NCBI GenBank assembly: GCA_963666285.1
Contig: OY762711.1
Source of the DNA: Sedimentisphaerales bacterium
GTDB taxonomy: Bacteria; Planctomycetota; Phycisphaerae; Sedimentisphaerales; SM23-30
Length of the DNA stretch: 64,000 nt
Direction: 5' to 3' (one strand)
Below the pieces are notes generated by a model. That model did no database searches. It worked only from the letters and a program-made list of their open reading frames with translations, and was not told the DNA's origin. The position numbers were made by a program, and so were the translations under genes. Numbering within the stretch: position 1 is the first letter of the stretch; each line of letters starts with the position of its first letter. Of this stretch, positions 21,603-32,162 are shown piece by piece.

Positions 21603-22691
21603 CTATTCGATAGTGTCAGAAGCTGTTTGAGAACCAAATTTTTTCCAGGCAGTAATAACCGTACTCCGAACAAATTCGTCAGAATCTCCAATAACAGCTC
21701 GATCAAGCAACTTTTCACTAAGTTTGGCCGAATACTCCAGCCACCTAAGTTCGTAAATTTCTTCACGAACCAAATCCTGAACCTCCGCAAGCAGCTTGTA
21801 CTGCGGAAGTGTATAACTTACTAACTTTCCTATATAATAATATCCGTCAGATTCTACAATGTCAGTTAATTGACCTGGTTGCAGCTTGATAAGTTTATTA
21901 GCAACTGGTTTTAATTCTTTTTTTATAGAATCCGGTCCTTCAACGGGATCCCAAAGACCTCCATATTTCGCACGCCAATCCTTAGATTCAATTTTAGCAA
22001 GTTCAGCAAAATCTTTCCCGGCTTTGAGTTTTGCCAGTAATCCCTGAGCTTTTTCAGCAGACTCTACCTTAATAAGCCGAAACTCCAAAGATTCTTTAAC
22101 GCTGACATATTTATCAAGATTATTGTTATAATAATCCTGTATTTCGAGACGGGTAATAGTATTATCCTTGGAAATAATAGTATCTTTGAAACTGGAAATA
22201 ACCACTTCCCGCTGAAATTTATCCAGCATCTCCTCCATTGAAGTTCCCATCTCTTCAAGTTTAAGATTTGCAATCGCCTGGTTGCCCGCATAATTACGAA
22301 CAATATCTTTACGACGCCGTTCCCGCATTTCCTTTATCATTTGGCCGCTTGAATCTTTTTTTAATACATCCTCCAGAGCTTTCTGATACATTAACAATTC
22401 TCTAACTTCCATCCTTGTGTATTCAGTTATAATCGGAAGAGCAGCGTTGCAAAAAGCCATAACATCCTTGTCTGCAAATTGGATAAGTTCTTCCCTGGCT
22501 TTTTCGATTACATCATATGAAGAAACGGCATCGCCATTTACAACCAGTACACTACCATATCCAACAAGATCATCAAAATTTATAGATTCATTCTGTTTTT
22601 CCGGAACCGGTCCTATCATCTGCTGGGAAAACGATGCATCAATGAACAAGGATAAGGTCAATAAAACAATAATATATTTAAAATATGCCAT
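21603..22691 (-). CDS. Exported parvulin-type peptidyl-prolyl isomerase (SurA/PrsA-like)
   Basis: Signal peptide, VVNGDAV, EIQDYY, GKDFAELAK.ES, YGGLW, DIVESDGYYYI. Confidence 0.85.
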   Translation of the reverse strand: MAYFKYIIVLLTLSLFIDASFSQQMIGPVPEKQNESINFDDLVGYGSVLVVNGDAVSSYDVIEKAREELIQFADKDVMAFCNAALPIITEYTRMEVRELLMYQKALEDVLKKDSSGQMIKEMRERRRKDIVRNYAGNQAIANLKLEEMGTSMEEMLDKFQREVVISSFKDTIISKDNTITRLEIQDYYNNNLDKYVSVKESLEFRLIKVESAEKAQGLLAKLKAGKDFAELAKIESKDWRAKYGGLWDPVEGPDSIKKELKPVANKLIKLQPGQLTDIVESDGYYYIGKLVSYTLPQYKLLAEVQDLVREEIYELRWLEYSAKLSEKLLDRAVIGDSDEFVRSTVITAWKKFGSQTASDTIE

Positions 22692-22983
22692 TTATCATTC
22701 CTTAAATTACTTATAGCATCAAACAAAATACAAATAAAACATAACGCATTGCTATTATTAAACTAAGCGTATCAATGTTTGGCTAATAATCATACACTAT
22801 ACGGTCCTATAAATCAACATATCGGTAAGAATAGTAAAATAAGAGTAAAAAAAGGAAATATTTGACACACAACAGCTTCAATATCCGCAAATATCAAATG
22901 CATATTGCCATTTTCCTTATATTCTTGTCAACAAGGAATTTACAGACATAAACACTTGGTTTTCCGGGAGTTATAACTGCTGA

Positions 22984-23616
22984 TTATGCTTTAGCTGCTA
23001 ATGCTGTTATCCAGTTTTTCTCAGGGATTGTATCCAGCTTAACAAGCCTGAATCCTGCCGCAGAAAGAAAACCCTCGTATTCCGCAGGAGTATGAATCTG
23101 CATCCGGGCAAGACTGACACAGCGAGAATTTCTCTCTTCAAATGCCGGGTCACTATAGCATTCATTAACGAGCAGCAATCTCCCCCCGGGTTTTAGTGTC
23201 CGGTTGATTTCCTTTAAGTCGTTTACCAGATCAGGCCAGAAATAGTAGGTCTCAAAAGCTGTTGCAAGTTCAAAGGATGCATCATCAAAACATAAATCTG
23301 ATACTTCAGCCTGAACAATAGCAACTCTTCCGCCGTCTATAAGTTCGCAACATGTATTGCAGGCTAACTCAACCATATCTGGCGAATAATCAATGGCAGA
23401 AAGCACAGCATTCGGCGCAAGTTCTGCCATCAATTTAACCGTCATCCCGGAACCACAGCCTATATCTAATATTGACTTTATCCCGGTAAAGTCCAGATGA
23501 GAAAAACCCCACTGCCATAATTCTCTATGGTTTTTGTTCATATTTTCGGCAACTTGCAGCCCAAGTGAACCTGTAGGCTTACGACATTGCTTAACTAATT
23601 CATCTTTTCGGGACAT
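22984..23616 (-). CDS. Class I SAM-dependent methyltransferase
   Basis: ILDIGCGSG, IDYSPDMV, AFETYYFWPD, LKPGG. Confidence 0.9.
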   Translation of the reverse strand: MSRKDELVKQCRKPTGSLGLQVAENMNKNHRELWQWGFSHLDFTGIKSILDIGCGSGMTVKLMAELAPNAVLSAIDYSPDMVELACNTCCELIDGGRVAIVQAEVSDLCFDDASFELATAFETYYFWPDLVNDLKEINRTLKPGGRLLLVNECYSDPAFEERNSRCVSLARMQIHTPAEYEGFLSAAGFRLVKLDTIPEKNWITALAAKA

Positions 23617-23619
23617 AAA

Positions 23620-26600
23620 CTAATTCTCCAAAACTTCTGAAAATAATGGGGCAACATCCACAGGCTGACCAGAATTATACTGTTCAATTTTCCTTTGATA
23701 TCGGCCCTGAATATTAATTAACGACTTCTCCATTACAATACGTCGATTTATTTCCTTTAAACCTCTCTGCCAGTATCTAAATGCTTTCTGCGGATTGCCA
23801 AGCCTGTACAAAGTATCTCCAAGATGGTCCATAAGTTCAGGATCAACAATAATATCGGCGGCAGCGGCATGATAAATATAATCCAGTGCAATCTGAAATT
23901 CACCTTGTTTATAATAAAGCCAGCCCACACTGTCAAGAATGGCGACATTTTCCGGAGCCATATAAATTGCCTCTCGAATAAGCCTACCGGCACGTTCCGG
24001 TTCCCTATTATTAGTTATCATTGTATAAGCCAGATTATTTTTGCTCATCGCGTTATCGCTTTCCAGCTCATATAGTTTTGCCAGCTGCTCAATAGCTTCA
24101 TCGACAAGCCCTGCTTTTTCCAGGGCGAAACTATACAAGCTTCTATAGTAAGCTTCATCCGGAAAGTCTTTAATCAAATCCTGATACATACTTATTGCTT
24201 TGTCAAAATCTCCCGAGAGGTAAAAAATCCGGGCCTGTGCGGCCAGTATAGCGGGCGAGTCAGGATCTGTCGTCATATTAATTATTCTTTCCGAAGCAAT
24301 CTCCGGATTGCCACGGGTAAGATCAAGAATAATTCGATAGTCAAACCATTTAAAAGGGTCAACATTCCTTTTTGCCAGGCCATCCATGATGCCAGAGGCT
24401 TCGTTTAGCGAACGTTCATCGCCCTGATGAATTAGACAGAAAACCAGGTTAACCAGGAGGTCAACATCATCACTCTGGCTACGAAGGCGTTTTCTGGTCA
24501 GATCAATTGCCTGTTGAAATTCATCCGCTCGTTTATAAGTATTAAACAATGCATACTGCCTGTTGGTAGCGTCAGGATTTTCCAGCTGCCAATTTTCGAC
24601 ATATTCAATTGCCAGCTGAGGCTGACCAGCTTCGATCAGAGTATAAGCATATTCAAGAATAATAAATATATTATCAGGAAGAACTTCCATCATTTGTTCA
24701 AGAAATGAAGCACTATCATCATACATCCCCCTGATATTAAGCGACCTGACCAGCATTTGTATCGCATAGATTTTACTTTCAGGGAACTCAGAGTAAAGTT
24801 TTTTCAGCTGCTCAACCGCGATATCAAATCTGCTGTCATATATAAGAAGAAGAGCAAGTTTATATTTTAAGGATTTTGCCAAATCTTCTTTAGATACATC
24901 GCGGCAAATATCAAGCCATTTAGTAATTACATCAATGCCCTCACCATAATTACGCAGAATAAGATAGGTATTATAAGCTTCTCCGGAAATATTTTCTATA
25001 AAGGTAACATCATCAGGAAATAATTCAATACCATTATTAAGCATATTAAGAGATTCAGATGGCATTCCGGCTAACCTCAGAGCCTTCATAGCTGCAAAAA
25101 GAGTATCAGGAGTCTTTTGATGTTTCTCCCAGATAATTTTTCTTGTCGCGGCAGCTAATTCATATTTATCGGCAAAATCAAATATCTCTGCTGACTTTTT
25201 CAGTAATTCATAATCATCACTAAACATATTTATCAGCCGCGAAGCATGAGAGACTGCACTGTCAATTTTTTTTGTTCGGAAATACGAATCACACAATACG
25301 ACTCTTGCCGGTTTACATTTTTTATGCCGGTCAAGTAACTCTTCAAGACTTTCCTGGAGAATAGTCTCTGCTTTATCCTGACCGGATGAAGAACCGGCAT
25401 ATCTATCGGAGTAATTGTCGGCTAGCACAAAAACACGTTGATAGCTATTTTTGATAATATCAGAAGCGTCATTCCCCGGCATAGACCAGATAGAATACAG
25501 CTTAATAAGTTCTACCTGGATACGATCCTGCTCCGGATGCCTTCTTGCAGACCTGAGAAGTAATTTTTCAGCATTGCCGTACTGTCCCAATGAACGATAT
25601 AAATCGGCTAACCTAATTACTGCCTGTTGGTTATATTTATCTTTCAACAGGATTTTTTTGTAACAATCAATAGATTTGTCAAATTTCCCCAGCGACTGAT
25701 ATGCCCTGGCAACATACATAATTATATCCGGGCGATCATATCCTTTTGCCAGAACAAGAAGATTTTGATATTTACCTACACGGGCATAGTAGCGAATGAG
25801 ATATTTTCGAGCTACGATATTATCACGGTCCTTACCCAATGCAGCCTGGTATAAAGCTTCAGCTAGAGAATTCTTTTTGTTATTTTCAGCAATAAGAGCT
25901 TTGATGATAAGAGCTCCAAAAGATTTGTCATCAAATAACTTTATTTTATCAGATAAAGTATCCCTGGCAGCCTGGTCATATAGAAGAATGTTCTCAAACT
26001 CACTTATTACTTCTTCCGGATTTCGAACTCCTGCATCAAGACAATTAATATACTCCTGCAGCATCTCGTTGAATGATTGATTGGCCCGGTCTATTCTAGC
26101 AAATTCCAACCAGACCGCAGCCGTTTCAAAACCGGGCCTGGAATTATTCAAAACCAGCCTAGCTTCAGTATGCCGCCTGGCATATTCGAGCGCTCGAGCG
26201 TAACTATGCCGGGATATCAACTGTGGCAATTCCGGATTTATAACATTAGAACCATACCAGGCCTGGACAACCTTGATATATTCATTATGAAGGGACATTT
26301 TTAGACAATTGTTATAAAACAACCTGAGAACAAAATCAGCATCTTCTCCATCAGCCAACAAATATAAATATAACTGCATAAGCAATTTGAACCTTACTTT
26401 TTGAGATTCAGGAAGGTCGATAACCATTGGAGATATATAAGCCAACAGCTGTTGAAAATTTGGCCCTATCTGTACCTGGCGAAGCGTCTGGATGCAGTCA
26501 TCTATCTTGCCGCATTGCAAAAACATCCGGGCAGCCAAAAGAAGTTGAAATTCAGAGCTTTCCATAATTTTTTGAATTGACTGGTCGTAGTGCTGAAACT

Positions 26601-27330
26601 GCCTGTGATACTTCATAAGCTGCCAGGCACGAAGATATGTTTCTGCTGCTGCATAGGTATAGCCCAGCTCGGCAAACGAGGTTGCCATATGAAGCGTTGC
26701 TATTGCCGTTGAAACATTTTCTGTCCCAGACCTGTTGCTTTGTAAGGCAAGGTTTAAAAATTGCAACGCTTCTTCATATCTTCCCGTCTCATTATACACA
26801 GCGGCTATCGTAATTGCAGTATCCATATCATTAGGATCAATTGAAATAACTTTTTTTGCCTCACGTATCGCTGCAAATTGCTTATTCATCTTTAAATAAT
26901 GATCAACCGCCTTTTTTTGCATTGCTGTAACGTAAGGAAAACGGTCAACATAGGCAAAGAAATCGTCAGATATCTTCTGATACTCCCGTCTTGGCATCCC
27001 TTCTTTGAGAAGAGACTCAGATCTGCGAAATCTAAGATATGATTTGATCATATTCGGATCATTTTCATTAGTGCCAGGTTCAACATCAACCTTCGCGATA
27101 TCTGGCAGGCCCATTTGGACAAGGACTGTTTTTGCCGGCGATAATATCCGGTTAACCCTCTCGGGAGAAATATTGCCATAAATATCTGTCACAGCAACAT
27201 TTTTGACGACTTCCGGCAATATGTTTTTACCTGGAACTCGCTTTTCGTGGCTGTGATCGATGCATCCATTAACAAAAAACAATGCAATAACAATATATAA
27301 TATTTGCAATTTATTTTCTTTTTTATTCAT
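23620..27330 (-). CDS. Large TPR-repeat exported protein, probable lipoprotein
   Basis: Lipobox-like FFVNGC, many TPRs, C-terminal NNLAY..LDSVGWLYYKQG..DHLGD. Confidence 0.85.
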   Translation of the reverse strand: MNKKENKLQILYIVIALFFVNGCIDHSHEKRVPGKNILPEVVKNVAVTDIYGNISPERVNRILSPAKTVLVQMGLPDIAKVDVEPGTNENDPNMIKSYLRFRRSESLLKEGMPRREYQKISDDFFAYVDRFPYVTAMQKKAVDHYLKMNKQFAAIREAKKVISIDPNDMDTAITIAAVYNETGRYEEALQFLNLALQSNRSGTENVSTAIATLHMATSFAELGYTYAAAETYLRAWQLMKYHRQFQHYDQSIQKIMESSEFQLLLAARMFLQCGKIDDCIQTLRQVQIGPNFQQLLAYISPMVIDLPESQKVRFKLLMQLYLYLLADGEDADFVLRLFYNNCLKMSLHNEYIKVVQAWYGSNVINPELPQLISRHSYARALEYARRHTEARLVLNNSRPGFETAAVWLEFARIDRANQSFNEMLQEYINCLDAGVRNPEEVISEFENILLYDQAARDTLSDKIKLFDDKSFGALIIKALIAENNKKNSLAEALYQAALGKDRDNIVARKYLIRYYARVGKYQNLLVLAKGYDRPDIIMYVARAYQSLGKFDKSIDCYKKILLKDKYNQQAVIRLADLYRSLGQYGNAEKLLLRSARRHPEQDRIQVELIKLYSIWSMPGNDASDIIKNSYQRVFVLADNYSDRYAGSSSGQDKAETILQESLEELLDRHKKCKPARVVLCDSYFRTKKIDSAVSHASRLINMFSDDYELLKKSAEIFDFADKYELAAATRKIIWEKHQKTPDTLFAAMKALRLAGMPSESLNMLNNGIELFPDDVTFIENISGEAYNTYLILRNYGEGIDVITKWLDICRDVSKEDLAKSLKYKLALLLIYDSRFDIAVEQLKKLYSEFPESKIYAIQMLVRSLNIRGMYDDSASFLEQMMEVLPDNIFIILEYAYTLIEAGQPQLAIEYVENWQLENPDATNRQYALFNTYKRADEFQQAIDLTRKRLRSQSDDVDLLVNLVFCLIHQGDERSLNEASGIMDGLAKRNVDPFKWFDYRIILDLTRGNPEIASERIINMTTDPDSPAILAAQARIFYLSGDFDKAISMYQDLIKDFPDEAYYRSLYSFALEKAGLVDEAIEQLAKLYELESDNAMSKNNLAYTMITNNREPERAGRLIREAIYMAPENVAILDSVGWLYYKQGEFQIALDYIYHAAAADIIVDPELMDHLGDTLYRLGNPQKAFRYWQRGLKEINRRIVMEKSLINIQGRYQRKIEQYNSGQPVDVAPLFSEVLEN

Positions 27331-27485
27331 TATGTTTAACAGTGTAATTGATTGTTAGTTTTAAATAAAATATAATCAATTGATCAGTAATATAATAATG
27401 CATATAGTAATAATAGTTAACATTAATATATAATCCAGATTGTTTGGATAAAAACTAAATAAGTATTGTTGAGGGAATAAGAATT

Positions 27486-28484
27486 ATGAAGAAAAAGCGA
27501 ACAATTAAGCGGATTATACTCCTGCTTTTTATAATTGTCGTTATCGGTATATCTGTCACCATGTCATACCTGGGCAGCATAGGTCGAATAGCCGTTGAAA
27601 AAGTTGGAACTGCAGCTTTATCTGTGCCGGTAACATTGGAAAATCTTGATATTTCCGCTTTTCGCGGTAAAGTTTCGTTAGAAGGCTTGAATATTGCCAA
27701 CCCGGAAGGTTTCAAAACTGAAAGACTGTTCAAACTGAGCAGCTGCAGCACAGACGTTGCAATGAAAACACTGCTTGACGATACTATTGTCGTCAATGAT
27801 GTAACAATCTCCGGTCTTGAGGTAACCTTTGAACAGAAAGGTATGACCAGTAACTTACAGGCCCTTTTGGACCTCCTGGCAGAAAATAGTAAATCAACTA
27901 CCGAAGAACAGGAACCAGAGCCAGAAGAACAAACAGGTTCTGGTAAAAATCTGCGGATTGACCGATTTCATATCGAAGAAGCCAAAGTACACTTGAAATT
28001 GCTGCCTCTTCCCGGCCAGAAAAGTGACATTACGATAAAGATGGCTCCAATAACCCTGGAACACGTATCAAGCGATCAGGATAAAGGTGAGTTAGCGGGA
28101 ACAGTTATCCGCAAGGTCTTCGTTGCAATCTCCCAGGCAATAATAAAAACTATTGCCCACGATATACCTGCTGAGCTGCTCAAGGGGCTGGAAGGATCAC
28201 TAAAAGGTGCTGTCGAGATAATTGGCTCTGGTGCCGAAATACTAATTGAAGGTGTAGGTGCTATCGGAGATTTGGGCATTAAAGGAGTCGGTGCAGCCGT
28301 TGAGGGTGCAGGAAAAACCCTGGAAGGAGCTGGAAAAACTCTGGAAGGTGCCGGCAAAGGTGCCGAAGAAATAATTAATAACGCCGGAAAGGGAATCGGT
28401 GACATTGGCAAAGGGATCGGCAACCTGCTCGGCGGCAATAAAAACAAAGAGAAAAAGGAAGAAGAAAAAGCTAAGGAAGAATAG
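27486..28484 (+). CDS. AsmA/DUF748-like membrane-anchored protein with a Gly-rich repetitive tail
   Basis: N-terminal TM, GLNIANPEGF, VTFEQKGMTSNL, tail with GAGKTLE repeats. Confidence 0.8.
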   Translation: MKKKRTIKRIILLLFIIVVIGISVTMSYLGSIGRIAVEKVGTAALSVPVTLENLDISAFRGKVSLEGLNIANPEGFKTERLFKLSSCSTDVAMKTLLDDTIVVNDVTISGLEVTFEQKGMTSNLQALLDLLAENSKSTTEEQEPEPEEQTGSGKNLRIDRFHIEEAKVHLKLLPLPGQKSDITIKMAPITLEHVSSDQDKGELAGTVIRKVFVAISQAIIKTIAHDIPAELLKGLEGSLKGAVEIIGSGAEILIEGVGAIGDLGIKGVGAAVEGAGKTLEGAGKTLEGAGKGAEEIINNAGKGIGDIGKGIGNLLGGNKNKEKKEEEKAKEE

Positions 28485-28507
28485 TGATTTATACTTTGAC
28501 CAAACTC

Positions 28508-28542
28508 AAAAGGCGACACTAAAACCGGTGCCGCCTTTTTTA
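28508..28542. terminator. Rho-independent terminator, possibly bidirectional
   Basis: AAAAGGCGACAC...GTGCCGCCTTTTTTT. Confidence 0.7.
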
Positions 28543-28764
28543 TACACATTGTATATGATTTTGCCCGATCGCTCGGAAGGTAAGAAATGACAATTTAGCC
28601 ATTTATACTACGCTCGAACGGGCATTTTCAACAGTTACAGGTATTATTTATATCAGTTCACCAGTTCTCTTTCAATTTGTTCAAAACTCTTGCCTTCTGT
28701 TTCCGACAATTCTCGTTTAATCTGCCTATAAACCAGGGATAAATAGAATTCCAAATATACAACA

Positions 28765-29415
28765 CTAAGAAGCAGCAGCCTCTATCTGCTGAGATTTGTC
28801 CTGAGCTGATTTCTCATTTGTGCCCGGCTCGATCTTCTGACCAAAAGTTACTATCTGCCTTACTATCGGCCTGTATATAATGTAACAAAAGACAAAAGAA
28901 ATAACTATTGGTAAGAGCAGCATTAGCCAGACATGCGATGTAGATTTTGTTATATGCTCTGGAAATATATCTTCCACCCTACTATTAAGTTCAATCCACA
29001 TAATTACAGCCAACAACTTTACATATCTATCAATATTGAAAAAACTAGCATCCGTTTTCTTAAATAGGAATTTTGCCATTATTCGACATAAAACAGAGTA
29101 CACTATTGGAAGCAACATCAACATCGTTGTCAAACTCACAAATATGCTTAACCCAACTTTGTCACATCTTTCAGCTAAGCCGGAAAAATAGCCGGACAAC
29201 TTCGAAAAAAGCTCAGAATCAGAAGGCAAATACTCTGAAATATAAGCTAATACTAAAAATACAAACAGACAAGACAAGCCAAATGAAATACTGGATATCG
29301 AAAAAAACTCCCTTTTATTCTGGATTCTCACTAAAGCAAAAAGTATCCAAATAAAAAGCAAAACAACTATTGCAAATATCAAATAAATAGCACTGTCAAA
29401 CATAGTAGACCTCAC
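28765..29415 (-). CDS. Hypothetical membrane protein
   Basis: 216-aa ORF with about 5 hydrophobic segments and no motif I recognise. Confidence 0.65.
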   Translation of the reverse strand: MRSTMFDSAIYLIFAIVVLLFIWILFALVRIQNKREFFSISSISFGLSCLFVFLVLAYISEYLPSDSELFSKLSGYFSGLAERCDKVGLSIFVSLTTMLMLLPIVYSVLCRIMAKFLFKKTDASFFNIDRYVKLLAVIMWIELNSRVEDIFPEHITKSTSHVWLMLLLPIVISFVFCYIIYRPIVRQIVTFGQKIEPGTNEKSAQDKSQQIEAAAS

Positions 29416-29480
29416 AATTTTATTAAACCATCATCACCCAGCCTGTAAATAAACTATCATATTCGTTAGATTAATTCAAT

Positions 29481-29508
29481 AAAAAAAGGTGCTAGCAACT
29501 AGCACCTT
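29481..29508 (-). terminator. Terminator of the deoR-GH78-E1 operon
   Basis: Minus strand AAGGTGCTAG-ttg-CTAGCACC followed by T7. Confidence 0.8.
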
Positions 29509-29665
29509 GAATGGTCACAACAGGTAGAAAAGAATAAGACACCAAAATAGCATAAACAACTTTTTTTCGTTTGGCCGCTTCGCAGCCCCCTATTCATGTC
29601 ATCAAAAGAGTCTCGCAATCATATTGACTTATCATTTCTAACCTGTCGAAAATGAAAAAATTGTA

Positions 29666-32143
29666 TTATATTCCTTTTCTGTTTTTATCAATTATTTTAG
29701 CCGAAGAAAAATCAGCTACCGGCTTATAACCCTTTAGCGGGATAATATGCTCGTTAATAATATCAAGGAAGTCAGACGGATACGGGAAGAACGCATCTTC
29801 GATTTCATCCGGCGGTGTAATCCAGTTCTTGGCACCAAGCACAACCGGCGGAGCATCCAGCTCATCAAAAGCGAGCGTACTGATATTAGATGCCATAGTA
29901 TGCAGAAAACTGCCGCGTTCACAGGCATCAGAAGCCAGCAGAATCTTGCGGGTCTTCTTAACAGACTCGATAACCTTTTCGTAGTTAAACGGAACAAGAG
30001 TTCTCGCGTCGATAATTTCACAGCTCAGGCCATATTTTTCTTCCAACTCTTTAGCTGCTTCGATCGCACGGTAAAGGGTAGCACCAACAGTAAGAATAGT
30101 AAGGTCGTTACCTTCTTTACGAACAGCCGGTTCGCCAAATTCGATACTATACGATTCAGACGGTATGCCGCCCGGCTGGAATTCCTCTGCAATGCCATAT
30201 AGACGCTGGCTTTCAAAGAAGATAACGGGGTCTGTCCCGGTTAGAGCATTATACAGCAGTCCTTTTGCATCGTATGGAGTCGCCGGAAATGCTATCTTTA
30301 GACCAGGTATGTGAGCACAAAGAGCGGTCCAGTCCTGACTGTGCTGAGCTCCGTATTTGCTGCCCACCGATACACGCATTGTAACAGGCATCTTAAGCAA
30401 ACCACCACTCATAGACTGCCATTTACATAACTGGTTAAATACTTCGTCACCGGCACGGCCAAGGAAGTCGCAATACATTAGCTCGATAAGAGCACGACCA
30501 CCCTCCAGGGCATAACCAACCGCGGTACCGGCAATGGCTGCCTCTGCAATCGGAGAATTAAACAGGCGATGGTACGGCAGAGCCTCGGTCAGGCCGCGAT
30601 ACACGGCAAAGGCACCGCCCCAGTCACGATTTTCTTCGCCGTAAGCAACCAGAGTCGGGTCGGTATAGAACCGATCAATAATAGCTTCAAACAATGCATC
30701 TTTGTAACCTACACAGCGAGTATCTTTCAGACGCTCGCCATTTTCACCATAAGCAGAACGGCTCTTAGACTCCAGGCTCTTGGTTCGTGGGTTTTCCGCA
30801 ATTGTTTCAATGAGAACATCCGGCTTACGGGTAGTATCCAGCGACTCGATTGTTTCATTAGAAAACATAGTCTGCTCAAGAAGGCAATTTTCTTTTTTCA
30901 GGTCGGCACGAGGTGACACTTCCAGGTCGGCAGCAAGGCCAAGAGCCCTGGTAATCAGTCCGTCGGCATATTCAGCTATCTCTGTCAGCTTCGCTTCGTT
31001 GCAAACCTTGGCCTTAACAAGTTCCTTACCAAAGTTTACGGTCGAATCATGTTCCATCCAGGCTTCGATTTCTTCCTTTTGGCGATAGCTGCTCTGGTCA
31101 GAAGGAGAATGGCCGCTATAACGGTAAGTTACGGTATCCAGCAGAACCGGGCCGGCCCCTTTTTCCAGGATCTGACGTTTACGGTCGATAGCATCGGCAA
31201 CGGCAAGCGGGTTATAACCATCAATACGCTCGGCATGCATCTGCTCAGGATTGAGACCTGCACCAATACGGGCAAGCGAGCCAAAGCCCATTGTCTCACC
31301 TTCAGGCTGGCCGCCCATGCCGTAGAAGTTATTATTGAAGTTCATGATCAGCGGCAGCCCGCCCTTGTGGGCATCATCCCAAAGCTGCTTGAACTGGTCC
31401 ATAGTAGCAAAACATAAGCCTTCCCAAACCGGACCGCAGGCACTGGAGGCGTCACCGATATTACAGATAATAATACCGGTTTTCTGGTTAACTTTTTTGA
31501 ACAGTGCCGCGCCAACTGAAACATCGCCAGAACCGCCAACAATTGCGTTATTCGGATAGACACCAAACGGCGGGAAGAAAGCATGCATCGAGCCGCCCAT
31601 ACCTTTATTCAGACCGGGTTCGCGACCAAATACCTCGGCAAGAGTTCCGTAGATAAGAAAATCAATTGCCAGGTCTTTGACCGAACCGCCATTAGAGTTC
31701 TTTTCAACTATCTTGAGACACCAGCCACCAAAATAGTTCTCCATAATCTCCATAAGTTCTTTTTCATTAAGCTTTTCGATAGCAGAAAGACCTTTGGCAA
31801 GAATTTCGCCATGGCTGCGGTGGCTGCCATAAATATGGTCGTCAATATTCAGATGGTAGGCCTGACCGACAGCGGCAGCTTCCTGGCCAATTGACAAATG
31901 GGCCGGCCCTTTATGCATATATTCTACGCCGTTATATACACCACGCAACTTGATCTCATTCAGCATGTTTTCAAAGGTACGAATTATAACCATATCACGC
32001 TGGATACGGATTAAATCATCTTTGCTAAATCTTTTAAGTTCATCCTTAACAGACTTGTTATACTGGTTAACGGGTATCGGCTTGAACTCTATCTGGCCGC
32101 TTTTACGCATATCTGAAGGATTAACAACTTGACACTTAGGCAT
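29666..32143 (-). CDS. TPP-dependent dehydrogenase E1, fused alpha-beta (2-oxoacid/acetoin dehydrogenase family)
   Basis: [27 protein letters not shown] motif, RYSGHS; beta part [26 protein letters not shown]. Confidence 0.93.
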   Translation of the reverse strand: MPKCQVVNPSDMRKSGQIEFKPIPVNQYNKSVKDELKRFSKDDLIRIQRDMVIIRTFENMLNEIKLRGVYNGVEYMHKGPAHLSIGQEAAAVGQAYHLNIDDHIYGSHRSHGEILAKGLSAIEKLNEKELMEIMENYFGGWCLKIVEKNSNGGSVKDLAIDFLIYGTLAEVFGREPGLNKGMGGSMHAFFPPFGVYPNNAIVGGSGDVSVGAALFKKVNQKTGIIICNIGDASSACGPVWEGLCFATMDQFKQLWDDAHKGGLPLIMNFNNNFYGMGGQPEGETMGFGSLARIGAGLNPEQMHAERIDGYNPLAVADAIDRKRQILEKGAGPVLLDTVTYRYSGHSPSDQSSYRQKEEIEAWMEHDSTVNFGKELVKAKVCNEAKLTEIAEYADGLITRALGLAADLEVSPRADLKKENCLLEQTMFSNETIESLDTTRKPDVLIETIAENPRTKSLESKSRSAYGENGERLKDTRCVGYKDALFEAIIDRFYTDPTLVAYGEENRDWGGAFAVYRGLTEALPYHRLFNSPIAEAAIAGTAVGYALEGGRALIELMYCDFLGRAGDEVFNQLCKWQSMSGGLLKMPVTMRVSVGSKYGAQHSQDWTALCAHIPGLKIAFPATPYDAKGLLYNALTGTDPVIFFESQRLYGIAEEFQPGGIPSESYSIEFGEPAVRKEGNDLTILTVGATLYRAIEAAKELEEKYGLSCEIIDARTLVPFNYEKVIESVKKTRKILLASDACERGSFLHTMASNISTLAFDELDAPPVVLGAKNWITPPDEIEDAFFPYPSDFLDIINEHIIPLKGYKPVADFSSAKIIDKNRKGI

Positions 32144-32162
32144 TTCTTAACTCCTATAATTA

